A program made the translations under genes and the position numbers. A DNA stretch of 64,000 bases from an uncultured Verrucomicrobiota bacterium (lineage in GTDB: Bacteria; Verrucomicrobiota; Verrucomicrobiia; CAZIPW01), in the NCBI GenBank assembly GCA_964541905.1, contig CAZIRU010000001.1, positions 77,490-141,489 on the forward strand. Reading direction: 5' to 3'. The stretch's first letter is position 1. Every line of letters begins with the position of its first letter. The notes beneath the pieces are model-generated. The model was not told where the DNA came from, did not search any database, and worked only from the letters and a program-made list of their open reading frames with translations. Below are positions 18,720-28,229 of this stretch, in pieces.

Positions 18720-19340
18720 TTAAAGGGCCAAGGCGCAACGCAATAAGGTAATATTTTCTGAAATACCGGCGGATGCGTCAATTTCCACAACGGGATAGCC
18801 GTATTTTGCCACTTCGGCGCGTATAAAGTCGTTAAAGACGAGAACCCACTCAACTTCCTTTTCTTTGATGGTGTCGTTGTAGGCGCTGGGTTCCGCCCAA
18901 AGCCCTCGCCGGAAAACCACCTCGCGGATTTGTTCGGGATGCGTGTTTATTAAAAAGCACGCCCGTAAATCCTTGTCGCGCTCCAAACGCGCAACCATTT
19001 CTGGCAAAATCGCAACTCCTTCTATTACAAATGGTTGCCACCCACGCGTCTCGTCAATAATCGCCTGTACGCCGCGCCAAACCTCCGCACTTTCGGCATT
19101 TTGATCTTGGACGATTTCCTGCGGCGTCTTGCTCCCCAAGTAACGCAAGGCCTCAGCGCCCGAGTTGTCTTCAAAAAAGAAGAGCCCCGGATAATCTTCG
19201 CGCCGAACGAGCTTAAGCATCTGTGCTCTAACAACATCCGTCGAAAGCCACGGATAGCCAAGCTCCCGCGCAAGCTTTTCTGCAAGGAAGGTTTTGCCGG
19301 AGGTGGGTGAACCACCCATAAGAAGTGTTTTTGCAGACAT
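18720..19340 (-). CDS. P-loop NTPase or kinase family protein (AAA, zeta-toxin or small-molecule-kinase-like).
   Basis: Walker A GGSPTSGKTF at the N-terminus. 206 aa. No further assignment possible. Confidence 0.55.
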   Translation of the reverse strand: MSAKTLLMGGSPTSGKTFLAEKLARELGYPWLSTDVVRAQMLKLVRREDYPGLFFFEDNSGAEALRYLGSKTPQEIVQDQNAESAEVWRGVQAIIDETRGWQPFVIEGVAILPEMVARLERDKDLRACFLINTHPEQIREVVFRRGLWAEPSAYNDTIKEKEVEWVLVFNDFIRAEVAKYGYPVVEIDASAGISENITLLRCALAL

Positions 19341-19382
19341 AGGATTGACGGGAGTGTTAATTTAATTAATAATTATCCAGTT

Positions 19383-19904
19383 ATGGCGCAAGAAAATTCT
19401 TCCGCAACGCTGGGCTGTCTTCGCCCCAAATGTCTTCTTTTGGGCGTGGACCTCAAGGGAACCCTGACGCTAATGCCACCGGGCTTTGCGCAAAAGCTTG
19501 TCTGCGCGGCTGAACAGATTTTGGGCGCCGAAAATACGGCACTATTCATGGCAACATCCTATCCTAGAGAAACTTACGAGCGCTATATGGGCCTTTTGCT
19601 CCGGCCGCTAGGCAATATAGATGCCGGTGCGGGGAACGTTGATTTCAAAGGAGAAGGAGAAAGGCAGAAATTCACGGCTTTAGTTCAAAGCCATTCCCCA
19701 GTCATAGCAGTGATAGATGATGAGTCTCAAGCGGGCTGGAGCAAGGTAGCGACTTTGGGCAAAGAAGCTTTCGGAAAATTACAGCGTCCGGATAACAATG
19801 CCATTATTCTTTACAATTCGCAAAAGAGCGTGGAGGATTATGCCGCAGTCTTGCGGCAGCTTGTAGAGAAGACGGCCGTCGCGGCACCAGCCATAACCGA
19901 ATAG
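19383..19904 (+). CDS. Hypothetical protein, 173 aa.
   Basis: Divergent from the kinase gene. Coding-like composition. No motif recognised. Confidence 0.45.
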   Translation: MAQENSSATLGCLRPKCLLLGVDLKGTLTLMPPGFAQKLVCAAEQILGAENTALFMATSYPRETYERYMGLLLRPLGNIDAGAGNVDFKGEGERQKFTALVQSHSPVIAVIDDESQAGWSKVATLGKEAFGKLQRPDNNAIILYNSQKSVEDYAAVLRQLVEKTAVAAPAITE

Positions 19905-20041
19905 GGCCTTAAATTGCCGTTTTTAAAATACCGCCCGCACTCAATTGTAAAAAGCCTCCCCGACAAGAAAAGACGCCTTCTTTTCTTGCCACGCTCTGGT
20001 GGTGCTGTCATCCTTTTTCTTGTCCAGAAAGTCTTAAAATT

Positions 20042-21154
20042 ATGTCTTCCGCCACTCCCTCCGTCAAAGTCACCAAAACGGCCGTCATGCAAAAATCCGC
20101 CGCTTCGTCGAAGTCTTCCGCCAAAACTATCAACGATCTCGAGCTAGCTATCGCCGCCGTCAATCGCCAGTTTGGCGAAGGGACGCTCATGAAAATGGGC
20201 GAACGCTCGCATCAAAAGGTGCCAGTCATTTCGACGGGGTCGGTAGCGATCGACTTGGCGCTGGGCATCGGCGGCCTGCCGCGCGGCCGCATCTGCGAAA
20301 TTTATGGACCTGAGTCCTCCGGCAAAACAACCTTTTGTCTCTCGCTTATTGCCGAGGCTCAACGTCAGGGCGGCAATGCCGTTTTTGTGGACGTCGAACA
20401 CGCCCTTGATCCGCGCTATGCCAGAGTGCTCGGCGTAGATTTGGACAATTTGATGGTCTCGCAGCCCGAGAGCGGCGACGACGCGCTCAATATCACCGAG
20501 ACGCTCATCCGTTCGGGCGCGGTGGATGTGATTGTCATCGACTCGGTGGCGGCTCTTATCTCCAAGCAAGAGCTCGATGGGCAAATGGGCGACGCAACGG
20601 TTGGTTCGCAAGCGCGACTCATGTCGCAGGCTATGCGGCGCCTGACGGCCGCCATTTCCAAAACAAACTGCGTGTGTCTATTTACCAATCAAATCCGCGA
20701 GAAAATTGGCGTGATGTTCGGCTCACCCGAGACACAGCCCGGAGGACGCGCGCTTAAGTTTTTCTCCTCCGTGCGACTGGACATCCGCCGCATCGGCCAG
20801 CTCAAGGACACCACCGGCAAAATCGTAGGCAACCGCACGCGCGTCAAGGTTGTCAAAAATAAGATGGCTCCTCCCTTCACCGAGTGCGAGTTTGACATCA
20901 TGTTTAGCGAAGGCATTTCGCGCACCGGCTCCGTAATCGACTTGGGCGTCGAGTATAAAATTTTGGAGAAACGTGGTTCCTACATTGTGCACGAGGGCCA
21001 GATGCTGGGCCAGGGCCGTGAGGCTGCAAAAGATTATCTCCGGCAGAATCCAGAGCTGATGAATAAGCTTTCGGAGACCATTTTGAGCAAAGTGCAGGTC
21101 TCGGGCGGGGTATCGCTTGGCAGCAACGAGGAAGCTCCGGCCGAAAACGCATAA
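20042..21154 (+). CDS. recA: Recombinase RecA.
   Basis: GPESSGKTT Walker A, and the L1 and L2 loops. 370 aa. Confidence 0.95.
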   Translation: MSSATPSVKVTKTAVMQKSAASSKSSAKTINDLELAIAAVNRQFGEGTLMKMGERSHQKVPVISTGSVAIDLALGIGGLPRGRICEIYGPESSGKTTFCLSLIAEAQRQGGNAVFVDVEHALDPRYARVLGVDLDNLMVSQPESGDDALNITETLIRSGAVDVIVIDSVAALISKQELDGQMGDATVGSQARLMSQAMRRLTAAISKTNCVCLFTNQIREKIGVMFGSPETQPGGRALKFFSSVRLDIRRIGQLKDTTGKIVGNRTRVKVVKNKMAPPFTECEFDIMFSEGISRTGSVIDLGVEYKILEKRGSYIVHEGQMLGQGREAAKDYLRQNPELMNKLSETILSKVQVSGGVSLGSNEEAPAENA

Positions 21155-21241
21155 TTTTGAGACTCCGTAAAAACGGCGCCGCTTGAAAAAGTGGCGGCAG
21201 GTGGTTTTCCTTCCGGAAGCCATCCGCAGTTGTAAAAATTT

Positions 21242-21502
21242 ATGCCAAAGTACGCCATCCATATCGTTCAGATCGGGTCGTTTAAAGCAGGCTCCAACGC
21301 TCTTTACGAGCGGTTGCGACTGCTGACAGCCAAGGCAAGAAAAGCAAAACTAACGCCGCAAGAGCTTCCGTCACAGCCGTCTGCCGGTTTGGGGTTTGCA
21401 GTGGAAACGCCACTTCCGCCGGAGAGGTTATCTAAGATTTTTGAAGGGATTGATGTTTCGATTTCGAAAATAGAAGAGCCGGGCGTAGCGGGAATGAATT
21501 AA
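21242..21502 (+). CDS. Hypothetical small protein, 86 aa.
   Basis: The ORF ends 4 nt before a strong terminator. No homology recognised. Confidence 0.3.
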   Translation: MPKYAIHIVQIGSFKAGSNALYERLRLLTAKARKAKLTPQELPSQPSAGLGFAVETPLPPERLSKIFEGIDVSISKIEEPGVAGMN

Positions 21503-21530
21503 AAAAGCCCCGAGTTTTTCGGGGCTTTAG
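21501..21530. terminator. Bidirectional intrinsic terminator AAAAAA-GCCCCGA-gttt-TCGGGGC-TTT.
   Basis: A 7-bp GC stem flanked by an A-run and a T-run, lying between convergent genes. Confidence 0.65.
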
Positions 21531-21555
21531 TGTTTTAAAAAACTTGTCAGGAGGA

Positions 21556-22284
21556 CTATTTCTTTTCCTCGGCCTTCGCTGGCGCTTTCGCATCTTTCGC
21601 AGGAGCCTTGGCGTCTTTGGCGCCTTCCGCAGCCACAACAGCCCCATCAGCGGGCTTGGCTTCGCCTTCGGCCGCAGCGCCTTCAGCAGCGGCAGTCGGC
21701 TTGGTCTCTTCCTCGACTTCGGGCACATTGCAAGTGATAAGCACCTGATCGGCCTTCTCGTCATAGACGACTCCGGAGAGAGCCTTCAGGTCGCGGACGA
21801 AAATAGCCTCGCCAGCATGGAGATTGGCGACATCCACTTCGACAACCTCGGGTAGATTCTTGGGCAAGCAGCGCACGGCCACCTCGGAATAGACAACTTC
21901 CAAGAGCGCCCCTTCCATCTTGACGCCGATACATTCGCCAACGGTGCGGATAGCCACATGGGCACGCATCTCTTCATTGGCCTTGACCTCGACAAAGTCA
22001 AGGTGCGTGAAGGCGTCCGTAAGACGATCGCGCTGGGCCTCTTGAAGGAGCGAGAGGTTCTTTTGGCCCTTTTCGTCCTCAAGTTCCAGAAGCGCGGAGC
22101 TTCCGCCAAACTGCTTGTAGAGTTTGACGAACGTTTTGCTGTCTATCATGAGTCCGCGGGGTTCCGATTTGCCGTAGATGACGGCCGGAATCTTTCCCTC
22201 ACGGCGCTGCGCGCGTGAAGCGCGGCGACCGGAAGTTTGACGGGACTCTACTTTCAACGAGTATTGTTTCATAGAGACGGTCAT
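21556..22284 (-). CDS. rplY: 50S ribosomal protein L25 / general stress protein Ctc.
   Basis: N-terminal L25 domain (RRASRAQRREGKIPAVIYG) plus a C-terminal Ala/Lys/Glu-rich tail. Confidence 0.85.
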   Translation of the reverse strand: MTVSMKQYSLKVESRQTSGRRASRAQRREGKIPAVIYGKSEPRGLMIDSKTFVKLYKQFGGSSALLELEDEKGQKNLSLLQEAQRDRLTDAFTHLDFVEVKANEEMRAHVAIRTVGECIGVKMEGALLEVVYSEVAVRCLPKNLPEVVEVDVANLHAGEAIFVRDLKALSGVVYDEKADQVLITCNVPEVEEETKPTAAAEGAAAEGEAKPADGAVVAAEGAKDAKAPAKDAKAPAKAEEKK

Positions 22285-22321
22285 CTTAGCACGAAACGCA
22301 GCGCCAAGGCAAGTCCAAAGA

Positions 22322-23395
22322 CTAAGGCGTTGCGGCTTGGGCTCTTAATGTTTCGAAGCTCGTGGGGACAAGCTTCCCCTCTTTCACTACCCAAAGTCCT
22401 CCCGAATCGATACTCATAAGCCCTTGTGGGCTAAAGGAAAGAGGCCCGAAGGCGCCGTCGATTTTGGTTGCTCGCAGGGCTTGAGCAAGTTGCGCGCCGG
22501 ACGGCTTTTGCCCGCCATGCTCTCGGGCGAAGTTTTCACAGGCGGTAATAAGCGCGAGACAGCAGTCGTGCATATAGGCCGCGTAATAGCTATTCCTGAT
22601 GGCGGGGTTTTGCGCGCAGATTTTGGCTTCAAACCCGCTCTCAAAAAAGTGGGGCGAGACCCAACTCATCCAAAGGCCTTCAGCAACAGTAATATCGTGG
22701 ATGGCCGAAAGCCAGCCGGTTGAGGCAATTTTCAGCGGTGAACTGATCTGCTTTTTTTGGATAAGCGCGATGGAGAACTCGGGATCGAGGGCCTGCATAA
22801 GAACCAGATCGGGGTGTTTTTCTTCCACGCGCAGCCAAAGAGTCCGAAAATCGCGTTCGCCAAAGATGAATTTTTCATCGGCGACAATCTCGATGCCATA
22901 GTTGGCGGCAAGATTAAGAACTTCGCCGCGATAGACCGCAACCCCTTGCTGCTGGAGCGAAAACAGCGCGAGCTTTTTGACGCCAAGCGCACGCGCGGTT
23001 TCGAGGAAGAGTTCCACGTGCAGCTTCGCATTGACGGCACTCGTAAAGCAAAAAGAGCCGTTGGCAATATTCACATCGGAGCCGCAGACAGCCAGCATGG
23101 GAATTTTCGCCGGTTCGCAAAACGTTTTGGCAACATTTCCGCCAACGGAGCCGAATTGCAAAACAGCATCAACTTTTTCGCTCCGGATGAGTTTTTGTAC
23201 GGCGACAGCGGTCAATTTGGGGGCCATCTGATCATCTTCGACTACCCATTGATATTCAAAGGCGGTACTCTCGGGAGGGAATTCCTCTTTGATGAGGGAG
23301 AGTGCTGCCATGCATTCTGTTCCCGCAAGAGCATTAGGGCCCGTCATTGGCAGAACCGCGCCGAACTTGATAACTTCCTTGGCGCCCAAGGCCAA
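22322..23395 (-). CDS. ABC-transporter substrate-binding protein, type I periplasmic binding fold (Liv-like). The N-terminal signal peptide is encoded out of frame upstream.
   Basis: GAVLPMTGPNALAG and PBP1 architecture. MKPIFVLACALFITLGLG is encoded from ATG 23436-23438 in a different frame. Confidence 0.7.
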   Translation of the reverse strand: MALGAKEVIKFGAVLPMTGPNALAGTECMAALSLIKEEFPPESTAFEYQWVVEDDQMAPKLTAVAVQKLIRSEKVDAVLQFGSVGGNVAKTFCEPAKIPMLAVCGSDVNIANGSFCFTSAVNAKLHVELFLETARALGVKKLALFSLQQQGVAVYRGEVLNLAANYGIEIVADEKFIFGERDFRTLWLRVEEKHPDLVLMQALDPEFSIALIQKKQISSPLKIASTGWLSAIHDITVAEGLWMSWVSPHFFESGFEAKICAQNPAIRNSYYAAYMHDCCLALITACENFAREHGGQKPSGAQLAQALRATKIDGAFGPLSFSPQGLMSIDSGGLWVVKEGKLVPTSFETLRAQAATP

Positions 23396-23474
23396 GTGTT
23401 ATAAACAATGCGCAGGCCAGAACAAAAATGGGCTTCATGACGCCAAGCCTATGCACGGTAACGGGGGCGTTCAA

Positions 23475-23504
23475 TAAAAAAGCCCCGAGGCGCTCGGGGC
23501 TTTT
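23475..23504 (-). terminator. Intrinsic terminator downstream of rplI: GCCCCGAG-gcg-CTCGGGGC flanked by an A-run and a T-run.
   Basis: An 8-bp perfect stem. On the minus strand it is followed by TTTTTT. Confidence 0.6.
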
Positions 23505-23519
23505 CGTAAAATGGAAAGG

Positions 23520-24068
23520 CTATTCGGCCTTGGGCTCTTCGGTCGTCTCAGCTTTTTCCGCGTGAGAGGTGCGGCGGGCCTTCTTTTTGGGCTCCTCCTT
23601 TTTCTCCTGAACTGGGTTTTCGCTTACCACATTCACCTTCAGTTCGGCCACCACGCCTTCATAGACGCGGACTTCGACAACGTGCTCGCCGAGGGTTTTG
23701 ATCGGCTCGCCAATCTTAATGTCATGACGCTCGACGGAGATCTCCTGCGCAACGAGGGCCTTGTGAATTTCCATATTGGTGATGGCGCCATGCGGCTTGC
23801 CATCGTCACCGGTCTTGACGGCTATCGTAAGCGCCAAGCCACCGATGCGTTCCGCCAAAGCTTTTGCCTCTGCAAGCTCGCGGGTAAGGCGCGCTTCGCG
23901 GCGTTGGGCAAGGACCTCCAGCTGGCGCTGGGTCGAGCGGTTCACCGGAAGTGCGATATCTTGCGGGAAAAGGTAGTTGCGGGCATAGCCAGCCTTGACC
24001 GTGACCGCTTCGCCTTCGTGTCCGAGGCCCTTGACGGGTTTGATGAGGAGTACTTGTTTTTTTGCCAT
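23520..24068 (-). CDS. rplI: 50S ribosomal protein L9.
   Basis: MAKKQVLLIKPVKGLGHEGEAVTVKAGYARNYLFPQ is the L9 N-domain signature. Confidence 0.9.
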   Translation of the reverse strand: MAKKQVLLIKPVKGLGHEGEAVTVKAGYARNYLFPQDIALPVNRSTQRQLEVLAQRREARLTRELAEAKALAERIGGLALTIAVKTGDDGKPHGAITNMEIHKALVAQEISVERHDIKIGEPIKTLGEHVVEVRVYEGVVAELKVNVVSENPVQEKKEEPKKKARRTSHAEKAETTEEPKAE

Positions 24069-24072
24069 AAAT

Positions 24073-24393
24073 TTAAAGTTGAAAGCCCATGCCCTTGAGG
24101 AGAGCCTTGTAATCTTTTTCGCTGGCGCCAGCGGGAGCGTTGCCGCTTTCGTCTCCGGTTTTCTTTTCGGACCTTGCCGCGGGGATTGCCGTCAGAGTCT
24201 CGACAAGCGCTTGGGCTTTTTGAAGCTTGTCGTCAGGGGCGCGTCCGGCTGAGGAAAATCTTTTTAAAATCGCTTCGGCTTCGTCTGCTTTTTTGGCGTC
24301 CGCAGTCAGATCGATATCAATCGAGCGATAAATCTTCTGCCGCGCGCGCACGGTGCCGATTGAGCCCTCCTTGACTGGATGTTGCGAAGCCAT
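24073..24393 (-). CDS. Hypothetical acidic protein in the position normally held by rpsR (S18). The N-terminal third is weakly S18-like. The C-terminal half is unrelated.
   Basis: ATG at 24391-24393. It lies between ssb and rplI. RARQKIYRSIDIDL...ILKRFSS resembles the S18 N-terminus, but the GKI.PRR.TG...AIKRAR motifs are absent. Confidence 0.4.
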   Translation of the reverse strand: MASQHPVKEGSIGTVRARQKIYRSIDIDLTADAKKADEAEAILKRFSSAGRAPDDKLQKAQALVETLTAIPAARSEKKTGDESGNAPAGASEKDYKALLKGMGFQL

Positions 24394-24405
24394 TGCGGGC
24401 AAGGT

Positions 24406-24825
24406 TTAGAAGGGGACATCGTCGTCGCTGGTAGTTTGCGGACGACTCTGGGGCGAGACATCATCATAGCTGTGCGCCGTTTCACCTTCGGCCTCGCCGC
24501 GACTGCCCATGAATTGGAAATTTTCGGTGACAACCTTCAAGCGCGAACGCTTTTCGCCATTTTTCTCCCATTGGTCGAGCTTCAGACGGCCTTCGACCAT
24601 CAAGGGGCGGCCCTTGTTGACGTATTTTCCGATAAGCTCGGCTTGTTTGCCATAGGCTTCCACGTCCACAAAGGTCACCTCTTCGCGATCCTCGCCACTT
24701 TCGAGCTTGTAGCGGCGGTTAAGCGCAAGGCTGAACGAGCAGACGGACTTGCCATTGGGAGTCGTACGCGATTCTGGGTCGCGGGTGAGGTTCCCAATGA
24801 GGATAACACGATTGAAGGAGGTCAT
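24406..24825 (-). CDS. ssb: Single-stranded DNA-binding protein SSB.
   Basis: OB-fold N-terminus (VILIGNLTRDPE) and the C-terminal acidic tip DDDVPF. Confidence 0.9.
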   Translation of the reverse strand: MTSFNRVILIGNLTRDPESRTTPNGKSVCSFSLALNRRYKLESGEDREEVTFVDVEAYGKQAELIGKYVNKGRPLMVEGRLKLDQWEKNGEKRSRLKVVTENFQFMGSRGEAEGETAHSYDDVSPQSRPQTTSDDDVPF

Positions 24826-24845
24826 GGATGGTGTGGGTTAAAAAG

Positions 24846-25142
24846 CTAGGCGGGCGCAAGGGCCTTTTCTACAAAAACCTGCTTGACCTCTTTTTCCAAG
24901 CGGAATCTTTGTTGAATCTCGGCATTTATGTCGCCTTTGGCGGTAAAATTGAAGGCCAAATAATGGCCATTGGGATAGGCTTTGCGGGCGGCGTGGGCAA
25001 AATCGCGAAGGCCGAGATCCTGCGTGGAATCAACCTTGACGCTCATTTCGGCGAGCACGCTCTTGATCCATTCGGTAAGGGCGGGTATATCGCGCTTGGT
25101 TTCGCTGGGATTGATAATGAAAGTGGCTGTGTAAGTTTCCAT
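24846..25142 (-). CDS. rpsF: 30S ribosomal protein S6.
   Basis: Same length and conserved pattern as E. coli S6 (YE..F..NP, G.R.LAY). It sits upstream of ssb. Confidence 0.85.
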   Translation of the reverse strand: METYTATFIINPSETKRDIPALTEWIKSVLAEMSVKVDSTQDLGLRDFAHAARKAYPNGHYLAFNFTAKGDINAEIQQRFRLEKEVKQVFVEKALAPA

Positions 25143-25145
25143 GAT

Positions 25146-25721
25146 TTAGATCCGTTGATTCAAACAATTTTGAGCCAACTCCGGGCCTTTGTCAACGATA
25201 AGCGAGAGGGCCTCGGCGATTTTTTCGGACTTGAGCCACATTTGCCCCTCTTCGGAGAGCTTTTCAAGCACCCAATCGCTTAAAGGGATTTCGGTCGTCT
25301 TGGGGCCGATTCCCAGCCGCAGCCGCCAAAAACGCTCGTGTCCAAGCCCCGCGATAATGCTTTCTACTCCATTATGCCCGCCGGAGCTTCCTCCAAAACT
25401 CAGCCGCAACACACCCAAATCAAAGGCGGCCTCGTCGTGAATAACCAGTAGCTCCTCAGGCGCAATTTTGTAAAATTGTAAAAAAGGAACAACGGCACGA
25501 CCAGAGAGATTCATGAAGGTAAGCGGCCGCAAAAGCCACGCGCGCTTATCTCCTTGGGCGGCCTCCGAACGCAGGGCGCTAAATTTCTTGTCCTCTTTCC
25601 AGGGGGCAACCGCTTGGGTTTGCGTCCAAGCTTCAAGCCCCAACCAACCGGCATTGTGCCGTGTCAGGGCATACTCCTGCCCGGGATTCCCCAGCGCGGC
25701 AATGAGCTTGATCATGCCCAC
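25146..25721 (-). CDS. pth: Peptidyl-tRNA hydrolase.
   Basis: LIAALGNPG..Y..TRHNAGW is the Pth signature. Confidence 0.9.
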   Translation of the reverse strand: MGMIKLIAALGNPGQEYALTRHNAGWLGLEAWTQTQAVAPWKEDKKFSALRSEAAQGDKRAWLLRPLTFMNLSGRAVVPFLQFYKIAPEELLVIHDEAAFDLGVLRLSFGGSSGGHNGVESIIAGLGHERFWRLRLGIGPKTTEIPLSDWVLEKLSEEGQMWLKSEKIAEALSLIVDKGPELAQNCLNQRI

Positions 25722-25768
25722 AGCTTAACAAGCCTGTGCGGGTTTTGCGAGGGCTTTTGCAGAGGGGG

Positions 25769-26767
25769 TTAGATGCCAATCTCGCCAATTTCTTCGTTAA
25801 GCGTAGCGCGCGCAATGTCGCCCACAAGCTTAAGTCCGATTGCGCGGAAGCCGGCATTTTCAGAGCTTGTAAGGATATGCAAGCGGTCCTGTATGTTGCT
25901 AATGCCGTTTTGCTGGCCGTGTGCGATAAAGACCGCAAGTGCCGCCGGATACTGCCGGGCGGCAACTTGATCAGCATATGAAAGCTTCGCCTCCATTGCG
26001 CAACGCACGGCTCCCACGCGGTCATAGGCGCAACCAAGGGTATTCCCTTGATCGAAATCCTCCGCTTCCTGAATTTTGTCCATGTATCTTCCATAGGCCT
26101 TTTCGGGGCCTCCCTGAAGTCGTTCGATTTGTCCCTTTTCGTATTCGATGAGGCTTTTGGCTTTGGGGCTGAAATCGGCCGGGCATTCTCTAGATTTGTC
26201 CAATATGCCCTCAAACATCTCTGCGGCAAAATCCGAGGGGTTCTGAAAGGTTCGGCATGAAACGCTGCCGCCGAGTATCACATAGCAGTTATCCGGCATT
26301 GTCTCGAAATATTGCTTACCGAGCAACTGAACGCGCTCTGGCTCGCTCGTAAGCGCCTGCGGGCTATCCAGAAGGCTATTTAGCGGATTGGCCTCCGCCA
26401 ACCTCCGCGCAAATTCCAGCAAACACACCTTTGCATCATTGTAGGCAACCAAATTTCCCTCGTCGAGCGCTTCCTCAGCCATCCAGCCCACCAGTGCAAA
26501 AAGCCCGCGCCGCCGTTTGGCAACGGTTGTGTGCACCCACTCGCCTTTTTCAAAGTCGGGTCTTGCCACTCCCGCCGCTTCATGTCCGCCCGCGATCAGC
26601 GTGCGCATGAGAATATTTAGTGGGCCGCTTTGCCTCTCGGGGTTGTTGGTATCCGTAAGCGTCAAATCTTTGACAGCCCCAGCAACTATTTCTTTGCCAA
26701 AATAACCGATGGCGGAGGGCTGCTGGTCAATAAAGGCGATGTATTTTTGTACAATTTCTTCGTGCAT
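25769..26767 (-). CDS. Hypothetical protein, 332 aa.
   Basis: A long ORF with coding composition. No motif recognised. Confidence 0.45.
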   Translation of the reverse strand: MHEEIVQKYIAFIDQQPSAIGYFGKEIVAGAVKDLTLTDTNNPERQSGPLNILMRTLIAGGHEAAGVARPDFEKGEWVHTTVAKRRRGLFALVGWMAEEALDEGNLVAYNDAKVCLLEFARRLAEANPLNSLLDSPQALTSEPERVQLLGKQYFETMPDNCYVILGGSVSCRTFQNPSDFAAEMFEGILDKSRECPADFSPKAKSLIEYEKGQIERLQGGPEKAYGRYMDKIQEAEDFDQGNTLGCAYDRVGAVRCAMEAKLSYADQVAARQYPAALAVFIAHGQQNGISNIQDRLHILTSSENAGFRAIGLKLVGDIARATLNEEIGEIGI

Positions 26768-26882
26768 TCTTCAATTATACCCCCGAACGGCGCTTGCACA
26801 ACATTTTTTGCCCCTTTCACCAGCGACTTTTGCGCCGTTTGATGGGTTGACAGTTCCTGCTTGCAGGGAACATCTTTTTGCC

Positions 26883-27860
26883 ATGTCTATCCTTCTTAAC
26901 AAAAACTCACGCATTGTCTTTCAGGGCCTCACTGGCAAGGCGGGCGGCTTTCACGCGCAGCAGTGCCTTGAGTATGGCACGCAAGTCGTCGCAGGAGTCA
27001 CCCCCGGCAAGGGCGGTCTCATCTGGGACGCCAAAATAGCCGACGTTACCAAGCAAACTTTCGATACGCACACCCCCTGGAAATCCAGCGACAAAACGCT
27101 CGTCCCCGTCTTTGATACCGTACGCGAGGCAGTCGAAGCGACGCGCGCCGACGTCTCCTGCATTTTTGTGCCCCCGGGGGGCGCAGCCGATGGCATTTTG
27201 GAAGCGGCAGATGCGGGGGTCGGCCTTATTATTGTTATTACCGAAGGTATCCCCGTGCGCGACATGATGGAGGTGAAGGCCAAGCTCAAGGCCTGTCAAA
27301 ACGATCGCTCCTGCAATTGTGTGCTCATTGGGCCCAACTGCCCGGGAGTTATTACTCCCGACGAAGCTAAAGTCGGCATTATGCCAGGCTATATCCATAA
27401 AGACGGCCACGTCGGCATTCTTTCGCGTTCGGGAACCCTCACCTACGAGGCGGTCTGGCAGCTTACACAAAAAGGTATTGGACAAAGCACCTGTGTGGGA
27501 ATTGGCGGCGATCCAATTATCGGCTCCAGCCAGCTTGAAATCGTCAAACGCTTCAACGACGATCCGGACACCCACGCCCTTATCATGATCGGGGAAATCG
27601 GCGGCCAGGGCGAAATCGAGGCGGCCAAATATATCAAAGAGCACGTCAAAAAGCCGGTCGCGGCCTTTATCGCCGGAGCTTCGGCCCCGGCAGGGCGTCG
27701 GATGGGGCACGCGGGGGCGATCGTCTCGGGAGCAAACGAGTCGGCGGCGGCTAAGGTCAAGTTTTTGGAGGAGTGCGGGATCTTCTGCGCGCCCACCCCT
27801 GCGACTATGGCGGAGACGCTCCTGCACGCCTGCGAAGCCAAGGGTGTCAAAATCGCATAA
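26883..27860 (+). CDS. sucD: Succinate--CoA ligase (ADP/GDP-forming) alpha subunit-like protein.
   Basis: [26 protein letters not shown] and the phospho-His motif MGHAGAI. The ATG at 26883 is chosen over the longer ORF-track start. No adjacent beta subunit. Confidence 0.8.
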   Translation: MSILLNKNSRIVFQGLTGKAGGFHAQQCLEYGTQVVAGVTPGKGGLIWDAKIADVTKQTFDTHTPWKSSDKTLVPVFDTVREAVEATRADVSCIFVPPGGAADGILEAADAGVGLIIVITEGIPVRDMMEVKAKLKACQNDRSCNCVLIGPNCPGVITPDEAKVGIMPGYIHKDGHVGILSRSGTLTYEAVWQLTQKGIGQSTCVGIGGDPIIGSSQLEIVKRFNDDPDTHALIMIGEIGGQGEIEAAKYIKEHVKKPVAAFIAGASAPAGRRMGHAGAIVSGANESAAAKVKFLEECGIFCAPTPATMAETLLHACEAKGVKIA

Positions 27861-27900
27861 CAGGGTTTTCTTCGTGGCTGGTTTGTTTTACAATACTTCC

Positions 27901-28218
27901 ATGAAGAAGTCTGCGAACGAACATCAACTCTTATGCCGCATTAAGGAGGGTGTGGGGACGCCCTTTCAAAAGGAAGTTTGGTTGGAAATCACTCAAATTC
28001 CTAAAGGAGAGATCATTACATATACAGAACTGGCGCGGCGCATAGGGCGGCCCGGAGCGGCTCGAGCCGTTGCAAACGCCTGTGGCGCAAATCCTTATGC
28101 GCCAGAAGTGCCGTGCCATCGTATTATTCGTAGCGATGGAGCTTTAGGCGGCTATTCCGGCAAGGGCGGAGTTACAAAAAAAGAGCGGCTCCTTCGCACT
28201 GAAAGAGCCGCTCGATAA
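27901..28218 (+). CDS. ogt: Methylated-DNA--protein-cysteine methyltransferase, DNA-binding or catalytic domain (Ogt/MGMT family).
   Basis: Active-site PCHRII and a helix-turn-helix. ATG at 27901. Confidence 0.7.
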   Translation: MKKSANEHQLLCRIKEGVGTPFQKEVWLEITQIPKGEIITYTELARRIGRPGAARAVANACGANPYAPEVPCHRIIRSDGALGGYSGKGGVTKKERLLRTERAAR

Positions 28219-28229
28219 AACTAAAGCCT

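Noticed and set aside
20723-21262. 179-aa ORF on the minus strand
   Set aside because: Antisense to recA.
22757-23404. 215-aa ORF on the plus strand
   Set aside because: Antisense to the substrate-binding-protein gene.
24073-24402. Calling this ORF a bona fide rpsR (S18) by synteny alone
   Set aside because: The C-terminal S18 signature is missing in every frame, so I report it as hypothetical in the rpsR slot. The locus is also listed under findings.
26907-27827. 306-aa ORF on the minus strand
   Set aside because: Antisense to the sucD-like gene, which has a clear phospho-His motif. No motifs.
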